Source: an uncultured Anaerolineae bacterium (GTDB lineage Bacteria > Chloroflexota > Anaerolineae > JAADDB01). Taken from it: a stretch of 64,000 nucleotides of DNA. Below are positions 61,100 through 64,000 of this stretch, in pieces. Under the pieces are notes generated by a model. The model was not told the DNA's origin and did not search any database. It saw only the letters and a list, made by a program, of their open reading frames with translations. Position 1 is the first letter of the stretch. Each line of letters begins with the position of its first letter. Location of the stretch: assembly GCA_964487375.1 (NCBI GenBank), contig CAZAQA010000008.1, positions 61,402-125,401 of the forward strand, given 5' to 3'. The position numbers were made by a program, and so were the translations under genes.

Positions 61100-62551
61100 A
61101 TGAAGACGACATTACTGTACGCGGGGATTGCCGGATACGGCTTCAACTCCTTGAGCCGCGGCATGGAAGCGGGATGGATTTCCCATGGGTTGGCCTCTAT
61201 CAGTGCGGCCGCCAAGGCGGAGGGATTCGAGATTGATTTAATCGACTTGCGAGCGCTGCAGGGCTGGGACCACTTTCGCGAGGAATTCAAGAAGCGAGAC
61301 CCGGATGTGGTCGGCGTGACGATGATGTCCGTGGACTACAATCCGGTCAAGCGCGCCTTGGCGATCATGAAGGAGGTCAAGCCGGAGGTGGTGATCGTCC
61401 TGGGCGGTGCCCATGTGACTTTGGCCCTGGACGACGCCCTGCGCATGCCCAACGTGGACTATCTGATCCTGCACGAGGGCGAAATCACCTTTCCCCGGCT
61501 CCTGCACGCGCTCAAGGATGGACGCCCACCGCGCCAGAAGGTCCTGCGGGGCATCACGCCCGACCTGGACAAGATCCCTTTCTCCGACCGCGATTTGTTC
61601 CTGCACGAATGGCGCAAGTGGGGCTACACCCTGGACAGCCCGGAGGTGCCCTTTGTCAAGGAGCTGCCGCCTCCTTTTGTGACGATCATCGCCGGGCGCG
61701 GGTGTGCGTACAAGTGCTCCTTCTGCAAGCCGGGTGAGGACTTGATTTTCGGCAAGCGGGTGCGTCGACGCTCGGTAGAGAATGTCATCGAAGAGCTGAA
61801 GATGCTGCGGGACAAGTACCATTTCGCCTCTTTCATGTTCCACGATGACTGCATCACCGAGGACCGGGAGTGGGTGATCGAGTTCTCCCGGCGCTACAAG
61901 GAGGAGGGATTCACTCAGCCCTTCTTCTGCCAGTCGCGCGCCGACATCATCACCCGTCACGAGGACATGGTGGCGCTGATGGCCGATGCCGGGTTGGCCG
62001 GGTACTTCATCGGCTTCGAGTCGGGCAACCAGCGGGTGCTCAACTTCCTGCGCAAGGGGACCACGGTCGAGCGCAACATCCGGGCCGCGAAGACGTGCAA
62101 GAAATACGGGCTGGCCATTTGGGCCAACTACATGATGGGCATTCCCACCGAGACCAGGGAAGAGGTCATGGACACGGTGCGGATGATCCGGGAGATCGAC
62201 CCGGACTACTTCAGCCCCTCCTTTTTCACGCCCCATCCGGGCACGGACCTGTACGATTACGTCATGGAGCACAACCTGAGCCTGATCACCGACTACGACC
62301 AGTATCGGCGCAACCCAACCGAACCCAAGATCAAGGGGCAGGACTATGAGTTCCTGAAGTGGGCGCGCGATTTCAGCCAGAAGCGCAAGTTCAAGAACCG
62401 CTTGCGCCGCGGGTTCCGGGCCTTCCGGGACAAGTGGCTGGACCCGCGTCGGTACATACGTAAGCTGCGCCGCATGTTGGGGCTTGACCGACCCGACACG
62501 CCCAGCCGTCCGCCGCAAACGGGCCAGCCTCATTGGCAGGTGACGGGATAG
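61100..62551 (+). CDS. B12-binding domain-containing radical SAM protein (copy 3)
   Basis: LGLASISAAAKAEGFEIDLIDL B12-like N-terminus and GRGCAYKCSFC; GAGGAAGG RBS. Confidence 0.85.
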   Translation: MKTTLLYAGIAGYGFNSLSRGMEAGWISHGLASISAAAKAEGFEIDLIDLRALQGWDHFREEFKKRDPDVVGVTMMSVDYNPVKRALAIMKEVKPEVVIVLGGAHVTLALDDALRMPNVDYLILHEGEITFPRLLHALKDGRPPRQKVLRGITPDLDKIPFSDRDLFLHEWRKWGYTLDSPEVPFVKELPPPFVTIIAGRGCAYKCSFCKPGEDLIFGKRVRRRSVENVIEELKMLRDKYHFASFMFHDDCITEDREWVIEFSRRYKEEGFTQPFFCQSRADIITRHEDMVALMADAGLAGYFIGFESGNQRVLNFLRKGTTVERNIRAAKTCKKYGLAIWANYMMGIPTETREEVMDTVRMIREIDPDYFSPSFFTPHPGTDLYDYVMEHNLSLITDYDQYRRNPTEPKIKGQDYEFLKWARDFSQKRKFKNRLRRGFRAFRDKWLDPRRYIRKLRRMLGLDRPDTPSRPPQTGQPHWQVTG

Positions 62552-62574
62552 GATGTCATTCTCGGATCGAGCCG

Positions 62575-62898
62575 ATGAGCACAACATTCGAAAGAATACA
62601 ACACTTGGTAGCAAACGGAGATGTCCTGATTTCGCGTCACGGATATAACGAATTAGCACAGGATGGGATTTCCGTTCAGGAGGTGGTTGAGGGACTTTAT
62701 GAGGCTATCTTGGTGGAGGACTACCCTGAGTATTACAAGGGGCCGTGCGTGTTAGTCCTCCAATACGATAAGAAAGGTTGTCCCATTCACGTCGTATGGG
62801 GAATACCTCGGGGCAAAGATTCTCCCGCTGTTCTCGTAACAGCGTACAGACCGGATCCTGAAAAGTGGGATAAGACGTTTCGGAGACGAAAGAAATGA
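62575..62898 (+). CDS. DUF4258-family toxin-like protein
   Basis: 107 aa from ATG 62575: ...ISRHGYNELAQDGISVQEV...HVVWGIP...VLVTAYRPD matches the DUF4258 profile from memory; noticeably AT-richer than its flanks. Confidence 0.6.
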   Translation: MSTTFERIQHLVANGDVLISRHGYNELAQDGISVQEVVEGLYEAILVEDYPEYYKGPCVLVLQYDKKGCPIHVVWGIPRGKDSPAVLVTAYRPDPEKWDKTFRRRKK

Positions 62899-63113
62899 AG
62901 AAGGTCAGACGTCAGAAGGAATTTGTGCACGTCGGTGACTATGTGGCAGAAGTCGACATTGGCGTTATTTACACAGATGATGAATGGTCTCCTTATATTT
63001 CCTTGGAGGATGCGCGACGGTTGGATGAAGTGCGAGAAGCCTTAAGAGCAGGAGACCTGAAAAGGGCTGCTACAATGGCGCGAGTTTATAAGCTCGTTCC
63101 TGTGGCCGCGTAA
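62895..63113 (+). CDS. Small partner protein of the DUF4258 gene (putative antitoxin)
   Basis: 72 aa; ATGA overlap with the DUF4258 stop; no motif recognised. Confidence 0.45.
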   Translation: MKKVRRQKEFVHVGDYVAEVDIGVIYTDDEWSPYISLEDARRLDEVREALRAGDLKRAATMARVYKLVPVAA

Positions 63114-63177
63114 CTCGGAGTGCTTATATTCGGAGCGATTGGAAATCGTGAATCTCTTTCCGTGGGGAATCCTATAA

Positions 63178-64000
63178 ATGCGCGTTTTGTTAGCCAGTCC
63201 AGAAAGTAAGGTCTGGAGTTCGAGGAAACATATTCCGTTGGGCCTGGGCTACCTGGCCGCGGTGCTGCGCGAGGCCGGCCACGAGCCCATGATCTACGAC
63301 GCCGCGGTGGAGGATGTGCCCATCACCTATTACCTCGACCGGGCCGAGGAAGAAGGACGCCCCTACCGCATGGTGGGCATCACCGCCACCACGCCCCTCA
63401 TCGAGGAGGCGTGGGACATGGCCCTGGAGGTGAAGAAGCGTTACGGCGTTTACACCATCCTCGGCGGCCCCCACCTGACCATCATGCCGATGGAAACCAT
63501 GGAACAAAAGCCGTGGGTGGATTTTGTCTTTCGCGGGGAAGCGGAGCACGGCCTTGTGGAGCTTGTAGACGCACTGGAATCAGGGCGTGACTACGGGGGC
63601 ATCCCGGGACTTTTCTTCCGCCATGGCGAGGACATCATTCCCTCCTCGGAATCGCCCATGATCGAGGATTTGGACGCGCTCCCCTTTCCCGCACACGACC
63701 TGTTCAAAATCGAACGCTACACCAACCTCCAGCCCTTGACCGACGGGCTGGACCCACACGCGCGTTCTTACACTATTCTCACCAGTCGCGGTTGCCCCTT
63801 CCAATGCACCTTCTGCTCCAAGCCCGTCACCGGAGACACGTGGCGGGGGCGGTCGGTGGAGAACGTCATCGCCGAGTGGCGCTGGCTGGTGCGCGACCTG
63901 GGCGCGACGGAAATCGGCATTACCGACGACATCTGGAACTTGAAACTGGACCGGGCTAAGGCCATCTGTAAGCGATTGATCGAGGAGGACCTGAATGCCG
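63178..64000 (+). CDS. B12-binding domain-containing radical SAM protein (copy 4), 3'-truncated by the window end
   Basis: ATG at 63178; [13 protein letters not shown]...[20 protein letters not shown], then [12 protein letters not shown]; the frame stays open to position 64000. Confidence 0.8.
   Translation, partial: MRVLLASPESKVWSSRKHIPLGLGYLAAVLREAGHEPMIYDAAVEDVPITYYLDRAEEEGRPYRMVGITATTPLIEEAWDMALEVKKRYGVYTILGGPHLTIMPMETMEQKPWVDFVFRGEAEHGLVELVDALESGRDYGGIPGLFFRHGEDIIPSSESPMIEDLDALPFPAHDLFKIERYTNLQPLTDGLDPHARSYTILTSRGCPFQCTFCSKPVTGDTWRGRSVENVIAEWRWLVRDLGATEIGITDDIWNLKLDRAKAICKRLIEEDLNA

Noticed and set aside
61238-62659. 473-aa minus-strand ORF
   Set aside because: Antisense of the third B12-radical-SAM gene.
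1-64000. CRISPR arrays, IS elements or transposases, integrases, rRNA
   Set aside because: No short regularly spaced direct repeats, no DDE/HTH transposase or tyrosine recombinase motifs, and no rRNA-like conserved stretches were seen on either strand. The only large DNA repeats are the intragenic cytochrome domain repeats.

Overview
This window reads as high-GC bacterial chromosome, probably from a thermophilic Chloroflexi-like genome. It is densely coding, the operons show tight ATGA-type start/stop overlaps, and I found no rRNA, tRNA, CRISPR array or transposase. The content, in order along the window:

- **Start of window:** hutI, followed by a nucleotidyltransferase-fold gene with a small coupled partner.
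- **Glycan locus (2.3-14.2 kb):** 4 GT4 and 2 GT2 glycosyltransferases, 2 Wzx-like flippases and a SAM methyltransferase. An AT-richer Phd/Doc toxin-antitoxin cassette is inserted in it.
- **Housekeeping block (14-26 kb):** Amidase_3, a GATase, ruvB, ssb, sfsA, sat, rdgB, a crotonase, an SDR and a patatin.
- **Secreted protease:** an S8 protease fused through a Thr/Pro linker to a 7-repeat propeller-like domain.
- **Uncharacterised operon (29.5-32.3 kb):** three translationally coupled minus-strand genes: a degenerate pyrophosphatase-like protein, a CxxC/CxxH protein and a small Cys-rich protein.
- **Redox genes:** a YdiJ-like FAD/Fe-S dehydrogenase and a ferredoxin-domain protein.
- **Cytochrome and signalling:** a lipoprotein made of three tandem cytochrome c'-like CxxCH domains, next to a GAF histidine kinase and NarL-type regulator pair.
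- **Nitrogen metabolism island:** two glutamate-dehydrogenase paralogs flanking an AT-rich island.
- **Solitary genes:** a DNA methyltransferase and a polyamine-type binding protein.
- **Amino acid and RNA metabolism:** tdh-kbl and rph.
- **End of window:** an array of at least five radical SAM genes (four B12-binding paralogs plus one SPASM-type) behind a sigma70-like promoter, interrupted by a DUF4258 toxin-like cassette and running off the window end.

Many long ORFs in the six-frame track are antisense shadows of the real genes and were rejected.
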